This document shows positions 36,421-50,861 of a stretch of 52,741 bases of DNA, piece after piece; positions within the stretch are counted from its first letter, which is position 1, and every line of letters begins with the position of its first letter. The notes under the pieces were generated by a model, which searched no databases, was not told where the DNA came from, and saw only the letters and a program-made list of their open reading frames with translations. The DNA is from Nemertoderma westbladi (lineage: Eukaryota; Animalia; Xenacoelomorpha). Made by a program: the position numbers and the translations under genes. The DNA is taken from assembly GCA_032718475.1 (NCBI GenBank), contig JAUCBJ010005860.1:1-52741 (forward strand). The letters are read 5' to 3'.

Positions 36421-36679
36421 CAGACAGTCTGGCGCCGTGGCCTCTTCAACCACACAATAGACCCATTGATGGGCCCATGATCGGTGAGTGGGGGCCATCT
36501 CAAACGGCCTATACATATCAGGGGGGACATTGAGAGGGCTCAGTTAACTACCGTCCCTCGTCAATTAACAGCCTGTACAGGAGATGGGCCCAACAACACG
36601 TTTTCACACCATCAGGGCGAAGTAATGATTTCTTAGGCTCAACGAGCTGGCATTGTGTAGGCTCAGACAACCTGGCGCC
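36421..36679 (+). promoter_or_regulatory. Putative BMP-responsive enhancer module M2
   Basis: CAGAC-N5-GGCGCC at 36421-36436 and 36664-36679; TCACACC at 36604; ACAATAGACCCATTGA at 36454. Confidence 0.75.
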
Positions 36680-38900
36680 AGGGGACTTAACTGTGTTTGT
36701 CATAACCTCGAGGTTGGGCGCTTGTTAACGATATGTTATCAGCAAAGATCTCCGTGTGTACTAATACTGTTGTATGTTGTTGTATGCTTTGTTTGTGGCA
36801 CGATGTAGCTTGTGAGATTGGAGATTGAGCGACTCTATTTGTAATATGAATTTACAATAACAACCGTGTTTATGCGATTCAGCGATTCAAGTTTCAGGCA
36901 TATCCCTTTTGTTAATGATACAATACACATTCGCGGTACTATACGGGAATCATAACACGATACAATGAGGACATGCGCAATGAGATGTACGTAAACGAAC
37001 AACCTCGGTAACATACGACCACAGATCCGTATTCCTCAAGCACGACAGTCTTGCCAGCCACAACTGTAACAGATGAGACTGTTACATGCTGCCCGCACAT
37101 GATCATGTCCTATGGCTATGACAGGCAACTGTGATGAGATGAAGAATGGCCAGTAATTGACATTACTGATCGTTTGTCCAACTCCAATACATCGGTATTT
37201 GTGATCTTGACAATTCAGATGATTGAACTTGGAGGTGTCGCATCGTAGAGGTGCAGGGTGATGCCCGGCTCCTCTTAGTGTTGTACACAGTATACAGTAG
37301 CTGGCGGCGGAGGTACTCATAGTCCGATATGATTATATGTTAAACTAATCATCACAATTAAACTATAAACAATAAGTAATGGTTATTTATTATTTGATAT
37401 GCCACTCTATGTTATGACGTCATATACCACAAGAAACTTTCTGGATTATAATTAATTACTATATTGCTATATTTAAATCACTATTATATTACTAAATTAC
37501 TATAATTAAACCTGCTACAGCCTACAGACAGGAATACATGCGTAGGAAATATCTAGTTACTTACTGTAGTAGCAAAGCCCACTGATTTCTTTCCAGTATG
37601 TTTCCGGTTCCGGTTGCCATATAGGCCTACCTACCAGGTATCTGGTTTCGCGATTTCGGATTACATTTTCTTTAGGAGCCCATTCTCATCTTTCCCCTCT
37701 GCCCGCCGCCACTACTCCTCTCTTCCCACAGCCACTCCCCTCTGCCCACCGCCGGCCCACTCCTTACCCCTTAAGGACAAAGTATATTTTTCGATTTTAA
37801 TCACCCAAGAAGTAGAATGGAATCGATTTCATACATGCATATTGAATCGTAGGTAGATTCGTAGATATTAATTAGTTAATTTACAATTCCATTTTATTGG
37901 TTTGGTATATCAGTTTGCTTGGAGATACCCAGAGGGTGGTCATGGTCGCAAACCACCAGGCGCTGCGATTTCAGTAACCTAGCCGATGCTTTCTGCTTCT
38001 GCTGTATGCGGTTGCATGATGGGATGGATAGTTAGTTAGATAATGGAAGATATTTATTTTATTTGATATGGAATTATGTTCTGATTGCAGTTGCAGATTA
38101 TTTATTTAAAATGTATTATAATAATATGTTTAGTTAATATAGATGTAATATGTGGAACTATTTCCGAATGAGATGAAGTTATTTTATTCGAAACTTGGAA
38201 GATTACATTCTATATTGCGGAAATCTACCTATACCAGTTCTAAACGGAGTGATTTAAAATATTATAGACCTGCATAATCGGCTAACACCACTGAAGGATG
38301 TGTTTATTAAATATAAATATTCAACAACTTTACTTTAATTTTGCATACACAAACAAATACAAAAGTACTGCAGTGTGCACAGTACATACAACATCAGCTC
38401 GGTCATTGCAGTAATCAACGCCAATGTCACAAAGTCTGGCACTCTCCTAAATGACATCTGTTGCAGCCCACATACCCATCGAGCTATCGAGGAAGCCTAG
38501 TACGAATTTTGAAGTTTAAGTATACTGCGCATGCTGCACAGTCTATTCGGTAAACATCTATGTCAACGGTTGTTTCTGCTTTGTTATGAAGATAACATGT
38601 TCAATTGTGGTAATGGTGCACAATTAGTGACATCGGGTTTATTCGACCGGACCGACCAATTCTTTTCGGTCAACTTCCCCTCTCCCAGCATGACACTGGA
38701 ATTATAATTTTAATTAGCTTGGAAAAATCGTATATCTGCCTCAATCATTAACTGCTAATATTGAGATCCCCCTTAGGTGTTTCCCGTACAGTTCGGCGAA
38801 GGCGTTGCCTAACTAACTATACAATGGCGCCTTGGTGGCCCACACCTGAACGTGTCAACATTCTCAGATAATCTGTGAAACTAGGAATTCATTCAGTCTG

Positions 38901-38963
38901 ATTGGCCCCAATGCTTTGCGCGCTTTGCCATTGGTCGGTTGCTCCCGGCCCCAAACATATATA
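38901..38963 (+). promoter_or_regulatory. Core promoter of the homeobox gene (CCAAT boxes plus TATA-like element)
   Basis: ATTGG at 38901, CCAAT at 38908, ATTGG at 38930, and TATATA at 38958, ~190 bp upstream of the ATG. Confidence 0.5.
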
Positions 38964-39147
38964 GTTGGATGTAACTCATGGAATGTTTATCGTCATTTCC
39001 AACATCCAAGTTCCATTTGTTATTCCTTATTATTGTTATTTTCCCAAGTTTCTATAATCACTTTACCTCTGCCTTTATATTTTTTGTATTATTACTTTCC
39101 TTATCACTTGTCACTCACACGTCAGTGATATACGCATATCGAACACG

Positions 39148-40449
39148 ATGGTATTTAATTTCTCTGTTGAATTTCTTGCCGAGAGCTGCGCTCGTCCAGC
39201 CAGCGGGACCACGCAAGGGCGGGTCTATGGTCTAATAACACCGCCGATAAGTCCAGACAGTGGTAACGGGTCACCCGAAAGGAAACTCAACTCTCAATCC
39301 ACAGATAACTTCAACTTTTGTTTCCATGGTAAGTCCTAAAGATATTTAAATATATTTTGATTATACCGTTTATTTATTAATAGTCCTGCATAACTGGTCG
39401 TTTCGGCTTGTTACAAACTTTTGTAAGCTCATTATTTCAAATAATTCAAAAAGGTAACATTCCAGTGCCATTTTATGTTATTCTATTTATAACTATGATT
39501 TATTTATATTTCATGTCTATAATAATATCTGATTATCTATTGCAGAAAATATGGAATTCAACGCCTCCAAGTTGGAAGAGATTGGCGACTACGATGATGA
39601 ATCCGATGTCACAAACAAGAAGGGATGCAATAAGAAATCCCGAACTTCCTTTACAGCCTGTCAGGTCGTCAAACTGGAGCAGAAGTTCCAATCCCAGAAG
39701 TACCTCGCAGCCGTGGAGAGAGGCGAATTCGCTGAGAAACTCGGACTCTCAGACACTCAGGTAATTTAGTGTTCGGGGCGAAATGTTATCCAATTCTTTA
39801 CTTTGTAAAACAAGAGTATCCCGGTATTTAAATGATTGGCCATAATTGTATTAGTGTTTTGTATCATTCTTTCTACTATATTGGTTCACAGGTAAAAATT
39901 GGAACAACAATAAATATATTTTTAATATTGTTTCTCCCTCAGGTTAAAACTTGGTTCCAGAACCGGCGAATGAAACACAAGCGGGTACAACAAGACATCG
40001 ACAACGCTGCCATAGCAACCAACTACTACAACCGACTGGTCAGTGGTTGCCCCCCACCTCCGGTCTACCACCCTGTGGCCTACCCGGAGGTCATACCCGC
40101 TCATATGGTTCCCCCGCAATCGCTGCACTACGGCGGCTTCCCGGGTTTAGCGCCCTCTAGCGAGGCCTTCCCGAGTCTGGGCGCCCCCCTGACCCCGCAT
40201 CTACTCCCGCCCGCCACCCAGCTGCCCCCTATGGGTCCCACCCAGCTGCCCCCTATGGGTCCCACCCAGCTGCCCCCTATGGGTCCCACCCAGCTGCCCC
40301 CTATGGGTCCCCCCACCCAGCTGCCCCCTATGGGACCACCAGTGCAGTCGCCCACCCGACTCGGGACCGAGTTGTGGCTCAACGCCAACCGTCTCCCCTG
40401 GGACATGCCCTACCCAGCCCTGACGGCACCCACCGGGGTCTACATGTAA
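39148..40449 (+). CDS. vent: Vent/Vox-like NKL-class homeobox transcription factor, 3 exons (39148-39328, 39546-39760, 39943-40449), 300 aa
   Basis: GT-AG junctions join in frame (phases 1 and 0). Homeodomain KKSRTSFTACQVVKLEQKFQSQKYLAAVERGEFAEKLGLSDTQ|VKTWFQNRRMKHKR has Thr47. N-terminus MVFNFSVEFLAES resembles the eh1-type FSV(D/E)WLAQS motif of Vox/Vent proteins. Pro-rich C-terminus. Confidence 0.85.
40213..40335 (+). repeat. Coding 24-bp repeat (TQLPPMGP), about 5 copies
   Basis: CCCACCCAGCTGCCCCCTATGGGT tandem in exon 3. Confidence 0.92.
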
Positions 40450-42462
40450 ACTCTTTACTCGTCGTCTGTTCCATGCGCCAATGCATATCAGACACGTGAA
40501 CTCATCTTACTCAATGCGAATTCTATTAACCGAACTCATAATTTATTCGCATCGAATTTCTATGCAAATACAAAGCCAGTTTAATTAATTGGCTAAATAT
40601 ATATTTTTACAACTCATCATATATCAGTCCTCATTGTTCTATTCAGTGGTATACATTGTCTGTACCAATCTTTCCCACCAGTTGCCTAAATATATAGTAA
40701 TCTGTGTTATACCGTCGTCCCATTCATTTAAACTCGCGAAGTTTAGTTATTGAATTTTTATTTACCTTTTTGAATTGTGAATAATTGAAATGAAATCCAT
40801 TAATGTCAATCGGAATCCCTTAATTGGGCCGCTATTCAGTGAATATTTAAATGTAGACGTTATCATTTCGAATATTCAGTTTGTTTGGTTCAAATTACCG
40901 TGTGTCTGTGTCTGTTTTTTATTTCATTTAGAGGTGTCGGTACTTTTGAATTAATGCAATATTGTATTTATCGGTCGCTTTGTATATATAATTTTTGTAC
41001 ATAATATTATGCCGTGTCTATTCGTACTACGTAATTACTTTAATTAAAATATTAGAAATGAAATGAACCCATTTGTTTTCTCTGTATTTAACCGCGGGGC
41101 CCATAGACTGGCAAACTGACTAGACAAGTTAGTTTGGTGGGTTGGAGAAGTCTAATAAATAAAACTGGCTAAAGGGAGTGAAGTATAAATCTTAAAATAA
41201 GTTATAAAGCCCAGATGAAATAAATGTTTCCCCCTGAGGAAAGACGATTACGAAAACTATTGGACGAAAAGTCCGGGACGAAACATCCGTACCGAATTAT
41301 CATAAAAGAGTGTCTGCGGTGAGCTGTCCAACGGAGACAGGGGGGAAACTGGACGCAAATCCCATCCTGGCGAATTAATATCCCGCCTCACAATGTTAAA
41401 TTCTCAATTTAAGGAAAGGAGCAGGTTATAGTGGCACGTTATTTTAAACAAAACAATAAACTAAACACAATAGAACTGGTTACAGTTTTATCTTTGAGAG
41501 TCGGTTCAATCAAACCAGTTCAACAGGTTCAACCAAAATAACAACGGACTAACGGAATGTCATAAAGATGACTTGAACGCAGTTTCTCTTTTGAGTTTAG
41601 GTTATGCCTACAAAGTTTGTTTCGTTTTTACTATAAATTCTAGTAAAATTATATAATTGGAGTTTTGAATCCGCCGAAAGTCCCCAATAACTGAAGCAAA
41701 ATATAACTATTTACAAACCCTGGCGGATATCCATGTCGTATGAAGATTAACTATCACAGGTCGTTGTCATAAATGTTTTTATAACTGTTTCACGACTGCG
41801 ACTAAGTTTACATCGCAACTGGCTATTATTTACTAGTCGGATCGTGAAATATTTTGGAATAGGTCGATCGCCCCACAAACTTTGACAAGTTCTACACCTC
41901 GGCGCTTCTAAATCATTCGAGTTTTATGCGTAAGGAATCTTTGAGGACAGCTACAGGTACAGGATGGCTAACTATAACCAAAATAATAAACGAATTAATA
42001 GCAATGTAGGTTGCGAGAACCAACTGAAAGCTATAAAACAGTTGAATCGGAAGAAATTCAATGTCAAATATTTTAATTTATAAATTTCCAATATTTTGAT
42101 ATCATTCAACCCAAAAGAAAAAATCTGGGATCCAGCCATCCCCCACCCCGGGAAGTGTTTTACTTTAACAAATTCACTCTTAGGTTTCTTCTATGTTTCG
42201 TATTACATCCGTCATCCGGTGAAAATGAAAAAGGAAAAAGATAATATAAGATTGAAGAGACAACAGCATGAACTGTAATGAGGCAGAGTCAAACAAATCA
42301 CGGGGGGGGTGGGGGGTATTCTACAAAGTTTATATACCAAATACAATGACAGGCAGTCAACCCAACATTCCACGACATTCCCTGTAGGATTACGGAACCG
42401 AATTAACAACTGGTCTTTAGCCGGTAGTTATGTCGCCCAAGCCCCAAGCAAATAGAATCACT

Positions 42463-42649
42463 GGCGCCAGGATGTCTGGGTGCGATAAAAGGGCCTGTCT
42501 TCGCTAACTACCTTCCAATTGTGCTTTTGGTGTGAATGGTAAGCGCGGCGTTTAATGTGAGCTAACAGATTAGCAGTTCAATTTGCTGTGCGGTAGGCGT
42601 TTGAATGGCCCTATTACCGGTGGAGTGGGCCCTGGCGCCAACGAGTCTG
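42463..42649 (-). promoter_or_regulatory. Putative BMP-responsive enhancer module M3
   Basis: GGCGCC-N5-GTCTG at 42463-42478 and 42634-42649; GGTGTGA at 42529. Confidence 0.72.
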
Positions 42650-43132
42650 GCTTCTAGTGGCATTACCGATATACGAGAGAGTTCTGGGAGGAGGATTGAG
42701 GGCCCAAGTGATTGGTCTCCGCGTTTTCCATCCAGGTAACCGGTAATTTGGGCGCCGATGGTGACAAACCTCGCTTCGTTTCACAACCTAAGTGTCCCAT
42801 TTACCCGGAAACTATTTCACCCTCTTTGCTGCATCGCCTCCCTTTACGAAATGTCGTTAAAACTGTTTGACTGTACATTGATCTCATTGCGGACTGTGTG
42901 TAATGGAATAGGGACTAACGCTTTGTTAATTACAGTTGGGTGCTTTGGTCGAGTATTTTAGTTGTAATTAGGAATTAGCGGATTTGGTATTTGGACCATT
43001 TACTGTTTACTGACCCGCGTTGATACAATCTACATAAGAACTTAATAAGCAGAAATTAAAACAAAAATACAAATTTTTCATGAATATATATACATTTTCA
43101 ATCCCGACCTTTCCTGTCGCTGTCTGTTACCC

Positions 43133-44768
43133 TCCAAGTGCACGGGCCAGTTTTTACGGCCCGGGCCCGCTAAGTTTAATTTTTCTAAACATTACAGAAG
43201 GCATTCGACTCCATCCATAGAGGTAAAATGCTTGAAATCCTAAGAGCTTATGGAATACCAGAAGTAATTGTTGCTGGCATTGGATTGTTATATTGTGACA
43301 CAGAAGCGCAGGTACTCTCACCAGATGGTGAAACTGAGTTTTTCTCAATCCTGACTGGCGTACTGCAAGGTGACACATTAGCACCATTACTATTTGTAAT
43401 TGTGCTGGATTACGCAATGAGGACGGCCACAAAGGGTGAAGATCTGGGATTCACACTTCAAGAACGCAGAAGTAGTAGATATCCGGCAACTACAGTCACA
43501 GACACCGACTTTGCGGATGACATCGCCCTGCTATCTAATACGCTAGCAGATGCACAGCTTCTACTAAATAAAGTGGAGAGGGCTGCTAAGGAGGTTGGAT
43601 TGCATATAAATGCTACCAAGACCGAATTCATGACCTTTAATGGTGATGGAAACTCGACAGCCATTGATAATAATAAACTAAGGAAGGTCAATGACTTCCA
43701 GTACCTTGGATCATGGATAGAGAGTAGCAAAAAGGACATAGAAGTTAGGAAAGCAAAGGCTTGGGTAGCTCTATCAAAAATGGATACCATCTGGAAATCA
43801 GATCTCTCCAGGCACCTGAAGACTAAGTTCTTCCGAGCCACAGTGGAAAGTGTATTTTTATACGGGGGTGAGACCAGGACACTGACTAAATCACTTGAAC
43901 AACGAATTGATGGTTGCTACACAAGACTACTAAGGGCAGCCCTAAACATCAGCTGGAGACAACACATGACAAACGCCGAGCTTTATGGTACAATACCACC
44001 TGTATCAACCACCCTCCGTGAACGCAGACTAAGATTCAGTGGGCACTGCTGGCGAAGGAAAGACGAGGTCATACCAGATCTACTTCTCTGGCAACCACTC
44101 ATGGAAAGCGTAGTCGTGGACGACCTGCCATAACATATATAGATCAACTTGAAAGGGATACTGAACTTGGGAGAAACGAAATTGCGACAACTATGGAGAA
44201 TCGGGAAGCCTGGAAGGATCTCATTTCCACTGTCCGAGTTCGCTCGACCTAGTAGTAGTAGTAAACATTACAGCATAAAATAAAATTTTAACTTTCTGAT
44301 CAATCTACATACCTTGATTCCAAATACTACAGTATATCGGTTTTTCACCGTGAGCCAATGTTCTGGTTGTTTGTACATTAGAAAACTCGAAATATACTAT
44401 ACACACGTTGTGTAGGTCTGTCATGTTAAAACATTACCGGTATGTTTGTTGTCTACTTAGTAATATCAGAATATGTTTGTGAGTCTGTAATAAAGCAAAA
44501 GGTACGGTACATTACAAAGTCAAACAAAGAAACAAATAAATCATGAAAAAACCCTTGTTACAGGAAAATATAATATTGATATTTAATTTCATTTTATTTT
44601 GTAAAGAAAAAAAGTGTAACAAAAATTTTCATATTATTGTGTTTTGAAAACTGGATAATATAATTATTCAATAATAGCGGACTTTCTAATATTTAGAATG
44701 CGGCCCAAGCCCGGACCGGCCCGCGGACTGACCCGGCCCAAGCCCGGACCGGCCCGTGTCCATCTCTG
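43133..44768. mobile_element. Degenerate hAT-like non-autonomous element hosting the LINE insertion
   Basis: 8-bp direct repeat TGTTACCC at 43125-43132 and 44769-44776. The right end reads CAGAGATGGACACGGGCC on the minus strand; the left end retains only CACGGGCC; GGCCC-rich subterminal repeats. Confidence 0.5.
43198..44261 (+). mobile_element. 5'-truncated RTE-like non-LTR retrotransposon (reverse transcriptase C-terminal part)
   Basis: KAFDSIHR, GVLQGDTLAPLLF, FADDIALL and FQYLGS RT motifs. (TAG)n tail. 12-bp TSD TAAACATTACAG at 43186-43197 and 44262-44273. One frameshift near 44096. Confidence 0.93.
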
Positions 44769-44850
44769 TGTTACCCCCCCCCCCCATACACATCATTCTT
44801 TACTCCTTTCCCTCAATATTTGTAACAACATCGTTTTTAGTTTTGGTTAT

Positions 44851-47800
44851 TTGATATGAACCAGCCCACCGTTCACTTGGATATGAACCAACCCAACGTT
44901 CACTTGGATATGAACCAGCCCAACGTTCACTTTGAAATGAACCAGCCCGACGTTCACTTGGATATGAACCTGCCCAACGTTCACTTGGATATGAACCAGC
45001 CCAACGTTCACTTGGATATGAACCAACCCAAAGTTCGCTTGGATATGAACCAGCCCAACGTTCATTAAGATATGAACCAGCCCACCGTTCACTTGGATAT
45101 GATCCAGCCCACCGTTCACTTGGATATGAACCAGCCCACCGTTCACTTGGATATGAACCAGCCCAACGTTCACTTCGTAATGAACCAACCCAAAGTTCGC
45201 TTGGATATGAACCAGCCCACCGTTCACTTGGATATGAACCAGCCCACGGTTCACTTGGATATGAACCAGCCTACCGTTCACTAGGCTATAAACCAGCCCA
45301 ACGTTCACTTGGATATGTACCAGCCCACCGTTGACTTGGATATGAACCAGCCCAACGTTCACTTGGGAATGAACCAGCCCGACGTTGACTTGGATATGAA
45401 CCTGCCCAACGTTCACTTGGATATGAACCAGCCCAACGTTCACTTGGATATGAACCAGCCCACCGTTGACTTGGATATGAACCAGCCCAACGTTCACTTG
45501 GGAATGAACCAGCCCGACGTTGACTTGGATATGAACCTGCCCAACGTTCGCTTGGATATGAACCAGCCCAACGTTCATTTAGATATGAACCAGCCCACCG
45601 TTCACTTGGATATGAACCAGCCCACCGTTCACTTGGATATGAACCAGCCCACCGTTCACTTGGATATGAACCAGCCCACGGTTCACTTGGATATGAACCA
45701 GCCTACCGTTCACTAGGCTATAAACCAGCCCAACTTTCACTTGGATATGAACCAGCCCACCGTTGACTTGGATATGAACCAGCCCACCGTTCATTTGGAT
45801 ATGAACCAGCCCACCGTTCGCTTGGATATGAACCAGCCCTACGTTCACTTGGATATGAACCAGCCTACCGTTCACTAGGCTATAAACCAGCCCAACGTTC
45901 ACTTGGATATGAACCAGCCCACCGTTGACTTGGATATGAACCAGCCCAACGTTCACTTGGATATGAACCAGCCCACCGTTCGCTTGGATATGAACCAGCC
46001 CAACGTTCACTTGGATATGAACCAGCCTACCTTTCATTTGGATATGAACCAGCCCACCGTTCACTTGGATATGAACCAGCCCACCGTTCACTTGGATATG
46101 AACCAACCCAACATTCGCTTGGATATGAACCAGCCCAACGTTCACTTGGATATGAACCAGCCCACCGTTGACTTGGATATGAACCAGCCCAACGTTCACT
46201 TGGATATGAACCAGCCCACCGTTCATTTGGATATGAACCAGCCCACCGTTGACTTGGATATGAACCAGCCTACCGTTCACTAGGCTATAAACCAACCCAA
46301 CGTTCACTTGGATATGAACCAGCCCATCGTTGACTTGGATATGAACCAGCCCAACGTTCACTTGGATATGAAGCAGCCCACCGTTCACTTGGATATGAAC
46401 CAACCCAACATTCGCTTGGATATGAACCAGCCCAACATTCACTTGGATATGAACCAGCCCACCGTTGACTTGGATATGAACCAGCCCACCGTTGATTTGG
46501 ATATGAACCAGCCCACCGTTGACTTGGATATGAACCAGCCTACCTTTCATTTGGATATGAACCAGCCCACCGTTCACTTGGATATGAACTAGCCCACCGT
46601 TCACTTGGATATGAACCAACCCAACATTCGCTTGGATATGAACCAGCCCAACGTTCACTTGGATATGAACCAGCCCATCGTTGACTTGGATATGAACCAG
46701 CCCAACGTTCAGTTGGATATGAAGCAGCCCACCGTTCACTTGGATATGAACCAGCCCAACGTTCACTTGGATATGAACCAGCCTACCTTTCATTTGGATA
46801 TGAACCAGCCCACCGTTCACTTGGATATGAACTAGCCCACCGTTCACTTGGATATGAACCAACCCAACATTCGCTTGGATATGAACCAGCCCAACGTTCA
46901 CTTGGATATGAACCAGCCCACCGTTCACTTGGATATGAACCAGCCCAACGTTCATTTGGATATGAACCAGCCCAACGTTCATTTGGATATGAACCAGCCC
47001 ACCGTTCGCTTGGATATGAACCAGCCCACCGTTCACTTGGATATGAACCAGCCCACCGTTCACTTGGATATGAACCAGCCCAACGTTCTCTTGGATATGA
47101 ACCAGCCCAACGTTCACATGGATATGAACCAGCCCACCGTTCACTTGGATATGAACCAGCCCAACGTTCATTTGGATATGAACCAGCCCACCGTTTATTT
47201 GGATATGAACCAGCCCACCGTTCACTAGGCTATAAACCAGCCCAACGTTCACTCGGATATGAACCTTTGACTTGGATATGAACCAGCCCAACGTTCATTT
47301 TGATATAAACCAGCCCAACGTTCACTTTGATATGAACCAGCCCAACGTTCACTTGGATATGAACCAGCCCACCTTTGACTTGGATATGAACCAGCCCAAC
47401 GTTCATTTTGATATAAACCAGCCCAACGTTCACTTTGATATGAACCAGCCCAACGTTCACTTGGATATGAACCAGCCCAACGTTCACTTGGATATGAACC
47501 AGCCCAACGTTCACTTGGGTATGAACCAGCCCAACGTTCACTTGGATATGAACCAGCCCAGGGTTCACTAGGCTATGAACCAGCCCAACGTTCACTTGGA
47601 TATGAACCAGCCCACCGTTCACTTGGAAATGAACCAGCCCAACGTTCACTTGGATATGAACCAGCCCACGGTTCACAAGGCTATGAACCAGCCCTACGTT
47701 CACTTGGATATGAACCAGCCTACCGTTCACTAGGCTATGAACCAGCCCTACGTTCACTTGGATATGAGCCAGCCCACGGTTCACTAGGCTATGAACCAGC

Positions 47801-50590
47801 CCAACGTTCACTTTGATATGAACCAGCCCACGGTTCACTAGGCTATGAACCAGCCCAACGTTCACTTGGATATGAACCAGCCCAACGTTCACTTTGATAT
47901 GAACCAGCCCACGGTTCACTAGGCTATGAACCAGCCCAACGTTCACTTGGATATAAACCAGCCCACCGTTCACTTGGAAATGAACCAGCCCAACGTTCAC
48001 TTGGATATGAACCAGTCCACCGTTCACTTGGATATGAACCAGCCCAACGTTCACTTGGTAATGAACCAACCCAACGTTCCCTTTTATATGAACCAACCCA
48101 CCGTTCACTTGGATATGAACCAACCCACCGTTCACTTGGATATGAACCAACCCACCGTTCACTTGGATATGAACCAACCCACCGTTCACTTGGATATGAA
48201 CCAGCCCACCGTTTACTTGGATATGAACCAGCCTAACGTTCACTTGGTAATGAACCAACCCAACGTTCACTTGGATATGAACCAGCCCACGGTTCACAAG
48301 GCTATGAACCAGCCCTACGTTCACTTGGATATGAACCAGCCCAACGTTCACTTGGATATGAACCAGCCCACGGTTCACAAGGCTATGAACCAGCCCTACG
48401 TTCACTTGGATATGAACCAGCCTACCGTTCACTAGGCTATGAACCAGCCCTACGTTCACTTGGATATGAACCAGCCCACGGTTCACTAGGCTATGAACCA
48501 GCCCAACGTTCACTTTGATATGAACCAGCCCACGGTTCACTAGGCTATGAACCAGCCCAACGTTCACTCGGATATGAACCAGCCCAACGTTCACTTTGAT
48601 ATGAACCAGCCCACGGTTCACTAGGCTATGAACCAGCCCAACGTTCACTTGGATATAAACCAGCCCACGGTTCACTAGGCTATGAACCAGCCCAACGTTC
48701 ACTTTGATATGAACCAGCCCACGGTTCACTAGGCTATGAACCAGCCCAACGTTCACTTTGATATGAACCAACCCACCGTTCACTTGGATATGAACCAACC
48801 CACCGTTCACTTGGATATGAACCAACCCACCGTTCACTTGGATATGAACCAACCCACCGTTCACTTGGATATGAACCAGCCCACCGTTTACTTGGATATG
48901 AACCAGCCTAACGTTCACTTGGTAATGAACCAACCCAACGTTCACTTGGATATGAACCAACCACCGTTCACTTGGATATGAACCAACCACCGTTCACTTG
49001 GATATGAACCAACCCACCTTTTACTTGGATATGAACCAGCCCAACGTTCACTTTGATATGAACCAACCCACCGTTCACTTGGATATGAACCAACCCACCG
49101 TTCACTTGGATATGAACCAACCCACCGTTCACTTGGATATGAACCAACCCACCGTTCACTTGGATATGAACCAGCCCACCGTTTACTTGGATATGAACCA
49201 GCCTAACGTTCACTTGGTAATGAACCAACCCAACGTTCACTTGGATATGAACCAACCACCGTTCACTTGGATATGAACCAACCACCGTTCACTTGGATAT
49301 GAACCAACCCACCTTTTACTTGGATATTAACCAGCCCAACGTTCACTTGGTAATGAACCAACCCAACATTCACTTGGATATAAACCAGCCCACGGTTCAC
49401 TAGGCTATGAACCAGCCCAACGTTCACTTTGATATGAACCAGCCCACGGTTCACTAGGATATGAACCAGCCCAACGTTCACTTGGATATGAACCAGCCCA
49501 CCGTTCACTTGGAAATGAACCAGCCCAACGTTCACTTGGATATGAACCAGCCCACGGTTCCAAAGGCTATGAACCAGCCCTACGTTCACTTGGATATGAA
49601 CCAGCCTACCGTTCACTAGGCTATGAACCAGTCCTACGTTCACTTGGATATGAACCAGCCCACGGTTCACTAGGCTATGAACCAGCCCAACGTTCACTTT
49701 GATATGAACCAACCCACCGTTCACTTGGATATGAACCAACCCACCGTTCACTTGGATATGAACCAACCCACCGTTCACTTGGATATGAACCAACCCACCG
49801 TTCACTTGGATATGAACCAGCCCACCGTTTACTTGGATATGAACCAGCCTAACGTTCACTTGGTAATGAACCAACCCAACGTTCACTTGGATATGAACCA
49901 ACCACCGTTCACTTGGATATGAACCAACCACCGTTCACTTGGATATGAACCAACCCACCTTTTACTTGGATATGAACCAGCCCAACGTTCACTTGGTAAT
50001 GAACCAACCCAACATTCACTTGGAAAGGAACCAGCCCACCGTTGACTTGGATATGAACCAGCCTAACGTTCACTTGGATATGAACCAGCCCACCGTTCAC
50101 TTGGATATGAACCAGCCCACCGTTCATTTGGATATGAACCAACCCACCGTTCATTTGGATATGAACCAACCCACCGTTCACTTGGATTTGAACCAACCCA
50201 CCGTTCACTTGGATATGAACCAACCCAACGTTCACTTGGATATGAACCAGCCTACCGTTCACTTGGATATGAACCAACCCACCGATCACTTGGATATGAA
50301 TCAACCCACCGTTCACTTGGATATGAACCCACCCAACGTTCACTTGGATATGAACCAGCCTAGCGTTCACTTGAATATGAACCAGCCCAACGTTCACTTG
50401 GGAATGAACCAACCCAACATTCACTTGGATATGAACCAGCCCACCGTTCACTTGGATATGAACCAGCCCACCGTTCATTTGGATATGAACCAACCCACCG
50501 TTCACTTGGATATTAACCAACCCACCGTTCACTTGGATATGAACCAACCCACCGTTCACTTGGATATGAACCAGCCCACAGTTCATTGGA
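44851..50590. repeat. 27-bp minisatellite, ~5.7 kb, about 210 copies
   Basis: Unit TTGGATATGAACCAGCCCA(A/C)CGTTCAC with recurring variants. Confidence 0.98.
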
Positions 50591-50861
50591 TAGAAGTAAA
50601 CCAGACTGTCTGCTGTTATATTTCACTTTGCAGATTACCACATGTGAAGAATACATTACAGGTTTTCAATAAAACATGTATTCGAAAATGTATTAAAAGA
50701 AATTAAAAAATATAAAATTTTCAAAAATAAAATTCCAATAAAAACTCGACCGAAAAGTAAAAACATGGCATTCTTCACATGGGCGATAAGATGAGGCTTA
50801 CCGTGAACCCTTAGATATCAAAATGTTAATCGCTATAACCGTAGGATGTAGGGTAGATTCA

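Noticed and set aside
44847-50706. Long ORFs (VHIQVNGGL)n and (LDMNQPTVH)n
   Set aside because: By-product of a 27-bp (multiple of 3) unit with few stop-adjacent codons; broken by frameshifts and stops, with no unique N- or C-terminal sequence.
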